A stretch of DNA of 64,000 bases from Dehalococcoidia bacterium (lineage in GTDB: Bacteria > Chloroflexota > Dehalococcoidia > Plut-88900). The DNA lies in NCBI GenBank assembly GCA_965207225.1, contig CBDBLV010000004.1, forward strand, positions 704,001 through 768,000, written 5' to 3'. The translations under genes were made by a program, and so were the position numbers. The notes under the pieces were generated by a model. The model made no database searches. It was not told where the DNA came from and saw only the letters and a list, made by a program, of their open reading frames with translations. Of this stretch, positions 50,752 through 61,516 are shown one piece after another (position 1 is the first letter of the stretch; the number at the start of each line of letters is the position of its first letter).

Positions 50752-52971
50752 TTAGTGGGGACTGTGCCCCGCGTAGTTCGCTTCCATCGCCCTCTTGTCG
50801 TTGTCGGTCAGCCCCGGCTGCGCGGTGTTTTTCTGATACATCACGTCATCGGGTAAGTAGCCATGCCCCAGTCCGGCCGCGTGCCCGAACTCGTGTAGCA
50901 GAGTCTCGGGCCGGTAGTAGTAGTTCGCTTGCTGTGCCAAACTTTGATCTTCGGTCCACTGGGCTTCCACCAGTTCATATACACCCGGAAAGTTCTCCAC
51001 ATAGATGTGAACCGGGTTTATGACGATCATCGTCTGGTTTCCGATGTGGGAGTCGCCGAGTTCCCTGTCATCGGTGACGCAGGCCAAGGCTCCCAACCCG
51101 CCGCACCCGTCGATTCTCGGCGTCGGAGTGGACGGCGCGGCGGGTGTGGGTATGGGCGTCACCACGTCTATGGTTATGCGTCTGCCGTCCGTATTCGAGA
51201 CGCGACAGGCGCCGTCGTCGTCCCCGCAGAAGGAAACGCCCAGGGCAGCGGAGTTCCACTCGCTCGCCGCCGTCGCGATTGCCGCCGGAAAGTCGGGCGT
51301 GGGATAAGGATCGATTGGGACATGTACTGACGTCGGAGTGGGCGTGGCCGTCGGCGGCAAGTCGCCTATCCTGTACATGACGACGTTGTCGGCTTGATGC
51401 GACGCCTGTGGCATGACCACGCTGGCGTAGGTTCCCAAGTCGCGCGCGACGCCGCCGCTGTCGAATGCTCTCGCCATGATCTCCAGTTTCGAGCTTCCGT
51501 CTCCCAGTCCGCAGCGCTCGATGTAGAAGGCGTCGGTCGAAGCTTGCCACGGCGTCTGTGTGTAGGCGACGGGCGAGATCCGCCACAGACACATGTGCTG
51601 GTCGTGGCTCTTCGCCTGGATGCCCGTGGTCGACGGCGCGAGGATGGAGAACTGGTGCGAAGCCGCTTGCGCCTCCACGCCGAGATATACCGTAGCGGCC
51701 GCCATGATCTCGTCGTCGAACCTCTCCAGCGCAATGGCGGGTGAGTGAGCTTGACCGTAGATATGCGTGACCACGGGACTCGGCAGGGGGTGCGTCCTGA
51801 CGATGATCTGGTCGCCCCGCGAGTCGGCGAACTCGCCCTCGACCATGTAATTATTCCCGTCATTGGTTATCTCGGCGGTCACGCTGAATACGTAGTCCGA
51901 ATCCTCGACGAAGCCGTCCCGTCCCGCCACGGAGTGTACCGTGTGCGCTACGTCGGCGGGTGTGGCCGCGCTCAGCGCTGCGGATCCCAGGCAGTCTTGC
52001 CCAGGGAAACTGCAAAATGTACCTGAGGTTTGGTCCCATTCGAGGGTGAGTCTCGACAGGCTGTCCGGAGGGGAAGGACTCCATTACAGCTTCACGAAGA
52101 CGCTGTTAGTGCCAGGGATCACTTCTGAGATTGAGATGCTCGGCGGAACGGGCGTGTTAGTGGGAACAGGCGTGGGCGCGGGCGTGTTCGTAGGCGTCGG
52201 CCTGGGCGTTCTTGTAGGCCTGGGCGGATCGGGTGGGATGGGCGGTACTGGCGTGTATGTGGGCGTAGGCGGCGGCGAGAGCGGCATCCGCCACACTCCG
52301 CCCAACGCGGGGGAGCCGCAGTCCCGCAGCCCGGTGCGCCGACATGCCAGCAGACCGAGCTGGTACCAGTCGCCGCGCCGGATGTTCGTAAACTCGTGGT
52401 CCCCGTCTCCACTGGTAACGTCTTGGCTTCGATAGACCCTAGTGTCGGTGAATTTGCCGGTTCTGGATGCGTACAGGACGATGTTGTAGTGGAATCCGCG
52501 GCCAGGCGACGGCAGACGATACTCGACCTCGACGCTCCGGGCGGATTCGTCAACCGTGTGGGTCGGCGCGTTCAGCGACGGGAACGGAATCGGCGTGGGC
52601 GGATCATCGGGTGGTACAGGCGTATTGGTGGGCACAGGCGTGTTCGTGGGCGGCACCGGCGTATTGGTGGGCGGTACGGGCGTATTGGTGGGCACAGGCG
52701 TGTTCGTGGGCACAGGCGTGTTCGTGGGCACAGGCGTGTTCGTGGGCACAGGCGTGTTCGTGGGCACAGGCGTATTGGTGGGCGGCACCGGCGTGGGCGT
52801 ATGTGTGCAGTCCTCGAAGGGGTCTTCTTCATTGCACTCATGCTCTCCCTCGACCTGCCCGGATATGGGTTGTGAACCGGCCAACGCGACCAACAGGGCT
52901 ATCCCCAGCGCCAGGACGAACAAACCCGCCGCCGGCAGGAGTCTCGAGTGTGGTAGATTCATGCGCGCCAT
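50752..52971 (-). pseudogene. Secreted matrixin (M10)-type metalloprotease with PTNTPV repeats, interrupted by one TAA at 52084-52086
   Basis: ORFs 52084-52971 and 50752-51930 share a frame and the gap is otherwise open; HEFGHAAGLGH plus Met-turn DVMY. Confidence 0.82.
52610..52795 (-). repeat. Tandem 18/21-bp repeats encoding PTNTPV(P)
   Basis: About 10 copies of GTGGGCACAGGCGTGTTC variants. Confidence 0.95.
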
Positions 52972-53169
52972 TATCGCCTCGTCACGTTTTCAGAGAATCT
53001 GGGTACAGGTACATATGTTGATCAAACGGCATAGGTAGGGCCTGATACACGGCATGATGGATCAGAGTTAGAGGCCGCCACGCCAATCGCGGCGTTTCGC
53101 GGAATACGATTCGACAATGGGTTGCTCCCTCCAAGTTTCATTCGCAAGACCGCCTACCGTAACACCGGG

Positions 53170-53420
53170 CGCATTGCGGAGGTTTCTCAAACCTTTCCCG
53201 GTTGTCGCCCACCAGACCGCCCGCTTCGCTAGAAGCCGTCACATCGCCAGCGGCGTAGCTATTCGTAACTCTCCTGTCCTTCCGACCGGCGAGGCCGCAG
53301 ACCAAGCTGTCGCCCGCCACATAGCCGACCCTCACGATCGCGAAGTTTGGGCCGAATAGACCCGGCCACAGTCATGCCGGACGCCCAACCGACTCGGTCC
53401 ATAGTCGTATTCTCCACGGC
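53170..53420 (-). pseudogene. GLUG-repeat gene remnant
   Basis: RVTNSYAAGDVTASSEAGGLVGDN nearly repeats a unit of 47514-50735. Confidence 0.6.
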
Positions 53421-53688
53421 AGTCGAACCGGTGCGTTCCGCGCGGTTCCAGGGTGGGAAGCGGCTTCTGCGATGCCCCAATCGCCCAAAACGCAGCAAGT
53501 GTACCCCAAGCTAGACGAAATGGGTGTAAGGTAGCCGTGAGAACATCGCCAAATATCCATGAATTCGACGTGAGTTTTGGATCGGAACCGCAATAGTTGC
53601 CTTGGCGCGCCCCGATCGGGCTTCCCTTTTGGCCGACTGCCATCGACTGGAGCACCAGGCGTTACGCAGACTAAGCGGAGAGGTAGCG

Positions 53689-53883
53689 ATGAACCACAGC
53701 GATGCGCGACACTTGAAGATACGAGCCCTCAGAGACCGGCTATCATGGATGAGCGAGGCCAGCCTGCGCATCGACGAGAGTCTGGACCACGACACGGTTC
53801 CGCAAGGAGTCTTGGACAGCGCGCGGTCGCTGAGCGGAGCCGGCAACGGGGCCTTCATCACGCTGGACGAATCCGGGAGATAG
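53689..53883 (+). pseudogene. N-terminal GAF-type fragment of a sensor protein, truncated by the IS630 remnant
   Basis: LRDRLS.MSEASLRI.ESLD.DTV.QGVLDSARSL; GGAGAGG RBS. Confidence 0.6.
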
Positions 53884-53889
53884 AGTGCT

Positions 53890-54850
53890 CACTGTCGTCC
53901 GGGCCAACCGCCGGATCCCTGAGGCTGCCGGACCCGCTGAGCCACGTAAGGTCGCACGGTCTTCCCGATCTTCGTCTGCCCGTGGAGGTCGGGCCCTCGT
54001 TGTCCCTTCTAGCGGCGCCGGTCTTCCAATTGGGAAAGCGAGCCTGCATCCAGTCTAGCGCGAGTGAGTGGTCTTCCAAGTGCGGATCCGCAGTCAGAAT
54101 CGTAGGTAGTCGCCATCCGTCTCCACATTTTCGTAGGGTAGGCCTTAGGAGCCTCCCTGCACATTCGACTGCTGGTTTTGCAGCGCGCCGTTCCACCTCT
54201 CGAGAAACTCTCGCCTCGCGCGATGACTCTCGCGTTCCCCGAAGTCCCACTCGCATCTCGTCGGCAAAGTCCAGCGCCGTCTCCCTACTCACTCCCATAC
54301 CTCTGAGAGCGTCGCGGAGTCCACCCTTTTCCACGACTCTTGCGCCTTGAGGTCAGCCTTCTCATGTAGTCATCGATGTGCCCTAGGGGAACATTCCAGT
54401 CTCGAAAGCGGAGCGTACAAGCTCCCCGGCCGAAAGCTCACTCTATACTCGGACTCTATGAACTCCCTGATCTCAGCGCCCGTCCTGAACTGTCCGCTCC
54501 CAACCTCCTCGGTCAGCTCCCTCTCCTGTTCGGCACTCAGAAAGCGGGGCTGACCAAGTCCCCGCATCCTGTGCGTCAGAACCTCCTTCACCCTCCGGCT
54601 CTGTACCAGGACACCCACCTCTGCGGCGTCCGTTAGTGGACTTCGACTACCGACGCCACCTTGCCCATTCGTCGTTCCGAACGCAGCAGCCACAGCGCGT
54701 GCAGTCGCGCGGAGCATGACGCCCTGTTCCGTTCCGACCCGGCATGCTGTCTTCAGAGCCACGGGGGTGTCCTTCGGGTCCCAGTCCACCCGAAATGGTC
54801 GACCAGTCATCTGACGCCCTCCAACTCCATGAGTTGGCATGAGCATAGAC
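53890..54850 (-). mobile_element. IS630-family remnant
   Basis: HTH part (PRFLSAEQEREL...IESEYRVSF) and DDE part (FADEMRVGLRG) with several frameshifts. Confidence 0.8.
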
Positions 54851-54859
54851 CAAATACTA

Positions 54860-55146
54860 GACTACTGACAGACCCTTTGCGGCTGACTCACGATGAAATG
54901 GCATTAGCCGATACTGCCCAACTGGAACGCCTGTCAGTCCTTGCGAATGAGCGCATGCAAGACATCAGCATAAAGTCTGAACTGAAGAAGCAAGGACAGT
55001 TGACTATACAGCAGGCGTTCCCTCGGATGTCCAAGCCTATAATTGATAAAATAGATTGTGTGTTGGCAGAACATTATCGATTCACAGAGGATGGATTGGA
55101 CTTCGTAGTCAAATATGACATAAGATATAGGATGGACTGGCGGTGA
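54860..55146 (+). pseudogene. C-terminal remnant of an Eco57I/type IIG-like methyltransferase
   Basis: SKPIIDKIDCVLAEHYRFTEDGLDFVVKYDIRYRM tail. Confidence 0.6.
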
Positions 55147-55179
55147 CAGGTCTGGTTATCCGTAGATGGAAGGAATCCA

Positions 55180-55812
55180 ATGAGTCGAGAATGGAAACGG
55201 AAAACCATTACAAACATTGTCCGTCTTGTCATAATGCTCATTCCAGGAGCCTGGATACTAAATGGTGCGACGTCACTTGATAATCATATCGTCACGATTC
55301 TGTGTGCAGCGGTTATCGGGGGGCTAGTCTTCGTTCCGGCGAAGAATTTGGCAGATGCGTTGTGGGAATGGGTTTTAGGCATAATGATACCTACGTTGTT
55401 ACAAGTGCCTCACCCAACGAAAAATAGTAAGTCTGATGCTCGTCGTCACAATAGACTCATGCAGACTATAGAGCAGACTACGTTCTGGCCTCTTCTGAAG
55501 AAGAATCTGAAAAATATAGCTACAGCATCAGCAAAAGGCACGCTAGCAATAATTGCACTTTTTGCAATTATCATACTAATGGGGTTGGCAATTACTTGTC
55601 TAGTATCAGTAATCAGTGACGCACCATCCTCTAACGTTTACTCTGAAATAAGTATACTAGGATTCACCATCGGCTTGGCGCTTATGGTAGTAACACTTTG
55701 GATTATATGTGCAATATTCCTTGCCGTAGTTCTGTCCGCACTGCGTGGTTCATCTACGATATGGGATCTACCTTACGTTAATGAGGACGATTTCGATGAC
55801 GCAGAGAAATAG
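55180..55812 (+). CDS. Four-TM membrane protein, low GC
   Basis: 210-aa ORF with four hydrophobic segments. Confidence 0.75.
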   Translation: MSREWKRKTITNIVRLVIMLIPGAWILNGATSLDNHIVTILCAAVIGGLVFVPAKNLADALWEWVLGIMIPTLLQVPHPTKNSKSDARRHNRLMQTIEQTTFWPLLKKNLKNIATASAKGTLAIIALFAIIILMGLAITCLVSVISDAPSSNVYSEISILGFTIGLALMVVTLWIICAIFLAVVLSALRGSSTIWDLPYVNEDDFDDAEK

Positions 55813-55944
55813 TCTCCAACCACCAATCCATGACGCCGGAGACAGTACTATAGCTTACCGCCTGCACGGTCGAGACTGTGGTCCAAGCCGGGCAGGCCGA
55901 GCCACCAATCCAATAGATAACCGCCGATAAAAGGAAAATATGAC

Positions 55945-56400
55945 ATGACCTTGTCTCAAGGTGAATTTGAAGACATACTCAACGATGACACCAAAAGGAT
56001 TTCGACAGACATCGACTGGAGTGATGATCAAGACCACTCTCCTGCCCAAGAGTTTAGGGCTGAAATAGAGTCAGCGTCTGGGCGTTCCATGTTTATCCGA
56101 GGTTGGTACAGCCCGATGAGCGGCAAGTTGTCTTTTGCGATGATACTTCGGGGCGAGGGAAGAATCTACGGACTGGATCTTGGCGCGGACCACCGGAATC
56201 GCAATGGCGTTCGCGTTGGCGAAAAACACAAGAACTGTTGGCGGGAGGGCTACCGGGACAAGTATGCCTACGTCCCGCCGGACATTACGGAACCTTGGGA
56301 ACGTCCCGTTGCGGTGTGGCGTCAGTTTTGCGCTGAGGCAAATTTGACACACTCTGGTACAATGCGGGAACCAGAAGTGCAGAGGGAGGCGCTTCTATGA
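55945..56400 (+). CDS. DUF6978-like protein
   Basis: RIYGLD...HRNRNG...HKN..W..FC...N; stop overlaps next start. Confidence 0.65.
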   Translation: MTLSQGEFEDILNDDTKRISTDIDWSDDQDHSPAQEFRAEIESASGRSMFIRGWYSPMSGKLSFAMILRGEGRIYGLDLGADHRNRNGVRVGEKHKNCWREGYRDKYAYVPPDITEPWERPVAVWRQFCAEANLTHSGTMREPEVQREALL

Positions 56401-57209
56401 ATGCCGATAGCCTATGCACCACCATATCCGACTCGCTGCCCGCTTTGTTTGAGTGTTCACCCGCTCCTCAAGAGGGTGCGCGCGTTCGGACTCCCATGAT
56501 GTACCCGGACGGCGGCATCGTGGACGTATTCATCCTCGCACGTGGAGACGAATACATTGTCACGGATTTCGGAGAAGCCCTAGCTTGGCTCAGATTGCAG
56601 TCAACCTCCACCCGACGCAGCCGGAGGCAGCAGATTTTGGTTGAGGATGTGTGCCAGACGTTGGGGTTGGAGTTGTTCCGCGGTCAACTCGTACTGCGCG
56701 CCATCCGTGGAGACGCGCTGGCAGAAGCCGTAATTCGTATATCGCAAGCTGCGGTGCGCGTCTCCGATCTGTGGTTCACGCTGCGCAGCCGATCCGTCCA
56801 GACCACCGCAGACGAGGTGAATGAGTGGCTCCGTGAGAATGAGATACCTTTCGACACGGGAGTTCATCATTCGGGCAGATCCAACTCCGACTGGAATGTG
56901 GATTTTCTGACTCGCACCGACGAACGAACGACTCTTATGTTCCTGCTGAGCACGGGCGCGCGCGGGTCCGCTCGCCGAATTGCCGAACACGTCCTATCCG
57001 GCTTCGTGGACCTCAGCCATCTTAGGGAAGACCAGCCCCAGCTGGAATTCGTCTCACTGTTCGACGATACCTATGATGTGTGGAGAGAAGAGGAATTCGC
57101 TCTGGTCGAGAGTCATTCGCAAGTTGCGTTGTGGTCTCGCCCTGATCAACTCAAGCTGATACTCCGCCCAGATAATCGCCAAAGTACGCCCTCTGCGTCT
57201 TTGAGGTAA
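56397..57209 (+). CDS. DUF1828/DUF1829-like protein
   Basis: RTPMMYPDGG.VD...VTDFGE N-terminus; nuclease-like GRS...VDF C-terminus. Confidence 0.7.
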   Translation: MNADSLCTTISDSLPALFECSPAPQEGARVRTPMMYPDGGIVDVFILARGDEYIVTDFGEALAWLRLQSTSTRRSRRQQILVEDVCQTLGLELFRGQLVLRAIRGDALAEAVIRISQAAVRVSDLWFTLRSRSVQTTADEVNEWLRENEIPFDTGVHHSGRSNSDWNVDFLTRTDERTTLMFLLSTGARGSARRIAEHVLSGFVDLSHLREDQPQLEFVSLFDDTYDVWREEEFALVESHSQVALWSRPDQLKLILRPDNRQSTPSASLR

Positions 57210-57299
57210 ATCGCCCAACGTCTACTATTGGCACACCCGTTCGATATAGATGCTGTGTTCGCATGATATCCCTGCTCACAATCGAAATACCCCTGCCGA

Positions 57300-57716
57300 C
57301 AGCGGACACCCCCGGGAAGACCTCGAAGAGTTTCTCAAGCCGTCCGGCTCGCTGGTTCGCAGGCCTGCGACGGGACTTCTGGCCGACCTCGGTCGCAAGA
57401 CCGCACCGGACATGGGCAGAGCGGTTGCAGACACGAACTCGCAGCGTCTGCAGGAGTTCCTGACCCGCGCGGCCTGGGATTCCCTGGAGATGGACCAGTT
57501 CAGGGTCCGGTGCATGATGGATCGGGCAAGCGTGGGGGAGCGAGTGCAGATCGTAGATGACACCGGCTTTGCGAAGAAGGGCAGCCGGTCGGTCGGAGTA
57601 GCGCGCCAGTGCTACGGAACGCTGGGTCGCATGGACAACTGCTAGGTACTGGTGACGACCCGCTACGTCGACAGGGTGTATGACTGGCAGGTCACGTCGA
57701 GGGTGTATCTTCCGAT
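57300..57716 (+). pseudogene. IS701-family transposase remnant cut by the IS6 element
   Basis: QRLQEFLTRAAWD, IVDDTGFAKKGSRSVGVARQ.YG.LGR.DNC. Confidence 0.85.
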
Positions 57717-57753
57717 GGTTCCGTTGAGTATTAGGTGGCGGCACATTTTAGGG

Positions 57754-58725
57754 CTACCGGGCGACTGGCGCCGTTCGCCGCCTAGACTTCCGTTTCCGCT
57801 TTGAGGCTGGAAGGAATATTACATTGCGGGGCAGCGAAGGCTTAGGCTTCGCGCTTCTCGGCCTGGATACGCGCCCCTCGCGCTTCACGACGTCCGCCCA
57901 CTCGCTGAAAGGCGCATCCACGCCGGCCACTCTGGCCGGCGGCTTGTGGCCTAAGCTCTCATGCTCGCGGAACAGGTTGTAGGTCAGCGCCCAGCCATCG
58001 AGGTAGCGCTGGCCCGTGCGCCGGTTCTCAAGTCCCCTCAACGTCTTGATGCGCTGTCGGTAAGTGCCTTGCAGTCTCTCCGACAGGTTGTTGTTGGACA
58101 CGATTGACTTCATGCCCTTGGACTTGACGTGCCTCGCCTTGGGGAAGACCCGCTCTATCGCCTTGTCATACGACCATAGGCGGTCGGTCGCAATCTGCTT
58201 TGGCGGCTCGGTCGCCGCGTCCCTCGCCTTCTCCATGACCTTGACCGCGCTGGCGATTGTCCGGGTGGGCGACAGGTGGGACGCGAGGATGTAGCGCGTG
58301 TCGGCGTCCATGACGTTCCAGTTCCACATCTTCTCGCCGCCAACGTCCACCGCCATTTCGTCGGCCACCCACTTGCCGCTTGTGTGGGCTTTGTGGTCGG
58401 CCATGGCCTTGACCGCGGCGTCGGTGTAATCCCGAACCCAAGCGTAGATCGTGGCCTTGTCCGGCTCGCTCATATCGAAGGCGCTAGCCATGTTCTCGCC
58501 GATCTGCTTGTACGACATTCCGGAGTAGAACATCCTGATCGCCGCGCCTATGCGGTCAGCGGGCACTACGCGCCCATGGAGCGCCCCTGTATCGTTGAAG
58601 CGCTTGCCGCAAGGCTTGTTCTTGCACTTGTAGAGCTGCTTGCCGTTCTGCTTGCCGTACTTGATGACGCTCTCGGATTCGCAGTAAGGACAGTTGACGT
58701 TTACGGTCGTTGTGAACTTCGCCAT
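57754..58725 (-). CDS. IS6-family DDE transposase with N-terminal zinc ribbon
   Basis: CPYC...CKNKPC; WVADE, ATDR, NNLSER DDE motifs. Confidence 0.9.
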   Translation of the reverse strand: MAKFTTTVNVNCPYCESESVIKYGKQNGKQLYKCKNKPCGKRFNDTGALHGRVVPADRIGAAIRMFYSGMSYKQIGENMASAFDMSEPDKATIYAWVRDYTDAAVKAMADHKAHTSGKWVADEMAVDVGGEKMWNWNVMDADTRYILASHLSPTRTIASAVKVMEKARDAATEPPKQIATDRLWSYDKAIERVFPKARHVKSKGMKSIVSNNNLSERLQGTYRQRIKTLRGLENRRTGQRYLDGWALTYNLFREHESLGHKPPARVAGVDAPFSEWADVVKREGRVSRPRSAKPKPSLPRNVIFLPASKRKRKSRRRTAPVAR

Positions 58726-58746
58726 GCTATCGCCTCCAACTTCATT

Positions 58747-60134
58747 CTACCCAAACCGCCCGGTCTCCTCATACCATTTCAGATCCCACGCGGAGTCGGC
58801 CATGCGGTTTTCTTGTATGCGCCGCAACCGCAGTTCCGCCAGCGTCAACTTGTTGCCCTTAGCGCCATTGCACGGAGAACACAGCAGCACGCGGTTGCGT
58901 ATATCATCCCGACCGCCCTTCGACTTCGGGACGCGGTGGTCAACCTCGAAGTACTCCTCATGATGCGGGACCCACCCGCAACCCTGACATTTCATCCCGT
59001 CAGCCATGATCAGCCTGGATCGCAGCTCGCGCGCCGTCAACCTCGGTTGTCTGCGCCGCGGGCTTACCAGAATCAGCTCGGGCGCTGCGGGCTCCCCATC
59101 GTCCGAACGGTTCGGCGCGCTGGTCTCGACTCGCACCGCCCTATCCCATGACTGTCTATCTTCGGGTAGTCTCGCTTCGCGTTGGAGACGGTCGCGCACC
59201 ACGGCCTCCGCCTCTTGATTGATGTCAACCGCTATCCACCTTCGACCTTGCCGCTCAGCTGCGATGCTGGTCGTCGCGCAACCGGCAAAGGGGTCGAGCA
59301 CAATGTCGCCTTCGTCACTGGACGCTTTGATGATGCGCTCATATAGCGCAAGCGGCTTCTGTGTGGGATAGCCGACCTTCTCCTTAGACGTGGGGGTTTG
59401 CTGAAACGACATAATATCCCCCCAAACATCCCCTACGGCCTTGCCGGCTTTCTCCACTACATCCAAGTATCTGCGCTTGCCCCGGCCATCAAAGTACCTC
59501 CGGCCATCCCCGTCTATCTTGTTGAAGCGACCAAGATACTTCTCGCTATGTGGCTGCCTAGGGCGATTCCATGCGAAAGAAGACGACTTGCTGTAATAGA
59601 GTATCGTATCGTGTCCGCGAATCCAGTTGCGCGCCTGCGTCTTAAAACCCGATAGCACGGCAATATCCCAAATGATTTCACGCCTGAACCGCTCGCGTCC
59701 GAACACAGCGTCAAGCATTGCCTTGACCCACGCGCCCGCCGTGTGGTCTATGTGCAGGTACAGACTCCCCGTTGATTTGAGTATGCGGTGCATCTCCAAG
59801 ACGCGAACGCCAAGCCAGCATAGATACGCGCCCATGTCTTCCCCCCCCCCCCCGCGTTCGCGGCCCTTATGACCGCATAGAGGTTCGGCTGGTCTTGGCG
59901 TATGCTATCTACCCATTCGGATTGGACGTCGCCCCAAGTCCACACGTCTTTGTAGGTGATTGCCTTGCCCTCGGCGTCCAAGCCTGCGGCGACGATGCCT
60001 TCGAACGCCTTCACGCCCTTGTTGAACGGCGGATCGGTCGCTATCAGGTCAATGCTCTCGGAATCGATGCCGCGCAACACGGGGAGGTTGTCGGCTACGA
60101 ACAGCGTGCGGTTGAATTCGCTGGCGTTCGTCAT
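58747..60134 (-). CDS. N6/N4 DNA methyltransferase fused to an HNH nuclease; frameshifted at a G13 tract (59841-59853)
   Basis: DPPF, YPTQKP, LDPFAGC; C-terminal CQGC...DHRVPKSKGG.D...LCSPCN..K. Confidence 0.88.
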
Positions 60135-60141
60135 TTGAGGG

Positions 60142-60402
60142 CTACCTCCCTGGTTCTGTCTCCCGGCGCTTCTCCACCACGTGCTCGACACCTTCGATCA
60201 CTTTTCCCAACATCCCTCTGGCCATCGTCCACCAGACGCGCCCGAGGCCGGGGGCATCGAAGTCCTCGGGCGATCCGTCCATGATGGAAGCCGCATCTCG
60301 CAGCAGCGCAAGAACCTTTTCGGGCCGATCCCCAAAGAACCCTTCCGCCGCTGTTCGGTCTTGTGCATCCCTCAGTCGTTGCGCAAAGTTGTCGTGTGCC
60401 AT
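60142..60402 (-). CDS. Small hypothetical protein
   Basis: GAGGAG RBS; co-oriented passenger ORF. Confidence 0.55.
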   Translation of the reverse strand: MAHDNFAQRLRDAQDRTAAEGFFGDRPEKVLALLRDAASIMDGSPEDFDAPGLGRVWWTMARGMLGKVIEGVEHVVEKRRETEPGR

Positions 60403-60457
60403 TGCTGCTCCTCTCAATCCCCGCCGCCTCAAAGACGGCGGGGGCGCTAATAAGTGG

Positions 60458-60703
60458 CTATCGCACTACCTTCATGCGATGTTCCCTAACTGGCCTAGGG
60501 CGGCGCTCCAATCGCTTGTTCATGCGACGCTCCCAAGCCAATGCGTTCTTGCGAGTTACCGGCGGACCCTCGATGCGCATCTTGCCCGGCCTGCCGGCTC
60601 GCTCATGCTCGCCAGCTCTACGCTTCGGGTTGTTCGTGATTCCAAAATAGAAAATCCGATCCTTCACGCGCAGAGTGTATTTGTGCGTGTCTCGCTTAGC
60701 CAT
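60458..60703 (-). CDS. Minimal GIY-YIG nuclease-like protein
   Basis: KYTL...YFGITNNPKRRAGEH...ALAWE; AAAGGAG RBS. Confidence 0.65.
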   Translation of the reverse strand: MAKRDTHKYTLRVKDRIFYFGITNNPKRRAGEHERAGRPGKMRIEGPPVTRKNALAWERRMNKRLERRPRPVREHRMKVVR

Positions 60704-61214
60704 AGCGACTCTCCTTTCGGTAGAGTCGCCAGAGACGAGTAACGGTCGAACCAACACGGTCGAGCCGCCCGTTGTGCTTGACACCCCAGAAGCCGCCAGA
60801 TAACCTAGCGGTGTTCGTCTTCTGTTGGGTGTCCTCGCCTCTGGCGCGGACTAAAAGTGAAACGCCCCGTCTGGTTAGCTTCCAAGCGGGGCGTTTTTGA
60901 TTTAATGCTGTTGGCCGTCTATACTGACGGCGTCTGGCGCCCGCATTGCGCTGGATACGAGGGTCTGGACAGTCTCGGGTTCAGGCCCTCACTTTTGTTC
61001 CCGCTCTCCCTTCATCGAAGCGGTGAGATTACAATATCAGCACCGCCCAAAACTGTCAACACCTAATACCCAACGGAACCGGTCAGAGAGAGGCGCGGCG
61101 GAGCAAGGCATCCCTGGTCGCCACGGGGCTGTGGCTGCCCTTTTGGATCTACGATTACGCTCCGTCCGCCGGATGGTCCCGGCGCTATTGCGGACCAGAG
61201 GGGTCGCAGCCGGG

Positions 61215-61516
61215 TCATCCCTAGTCCGTAAAAGGACGCGGCCGTCGTTCTCCACGTCGATGTCCAGGTTGCAACTGTCCATGAGAGCCATGCCCAGCAG
61301 TGGCGTGGCGTCTGCTTCGTCCGCCGACACATGCTTGGACTAGTTGTCCCGGAGAGCGGTGACGCCATACACATCGAAGTTGTCCTCGCTGCCTTTTGCC
61401 GATTCTGCCTGGATGCTACCGAGGTAGGCCAGTTCCAACTCCTCGACAAAGGACGAGAGTAGGGTCAGGAAGCCATTGAGGCCTGTTTCCACCACGGCTT
61501 CGATGTCCCGGTTGCC
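61215..61516 (-). pseudogene. Clan AA aspartic protease remnant
   Basis: IEAVVETGLNGFLTL...TPLLGMALM with an internal stop; 5' part lost at the IS5 end. Confidence 0.7.

Larger units (their letters stand above)
57717..61080 (-). mobile_element. IS6-family transposon with passenger genes (3,364 bp)
   Basis: 21-bp terminal inverted repeats GGTTCCGTTGRGTATTAGGTG (57717-57737; 61060-61080), one mismatch. Confidence 0.85.

Noticed and set aside
58747-59000. IscB/Cas9-like RNA-guided HNH nuclease
   Set aside because: HNH is fused to a methyltransferase; no RuvC or PLMP motifs
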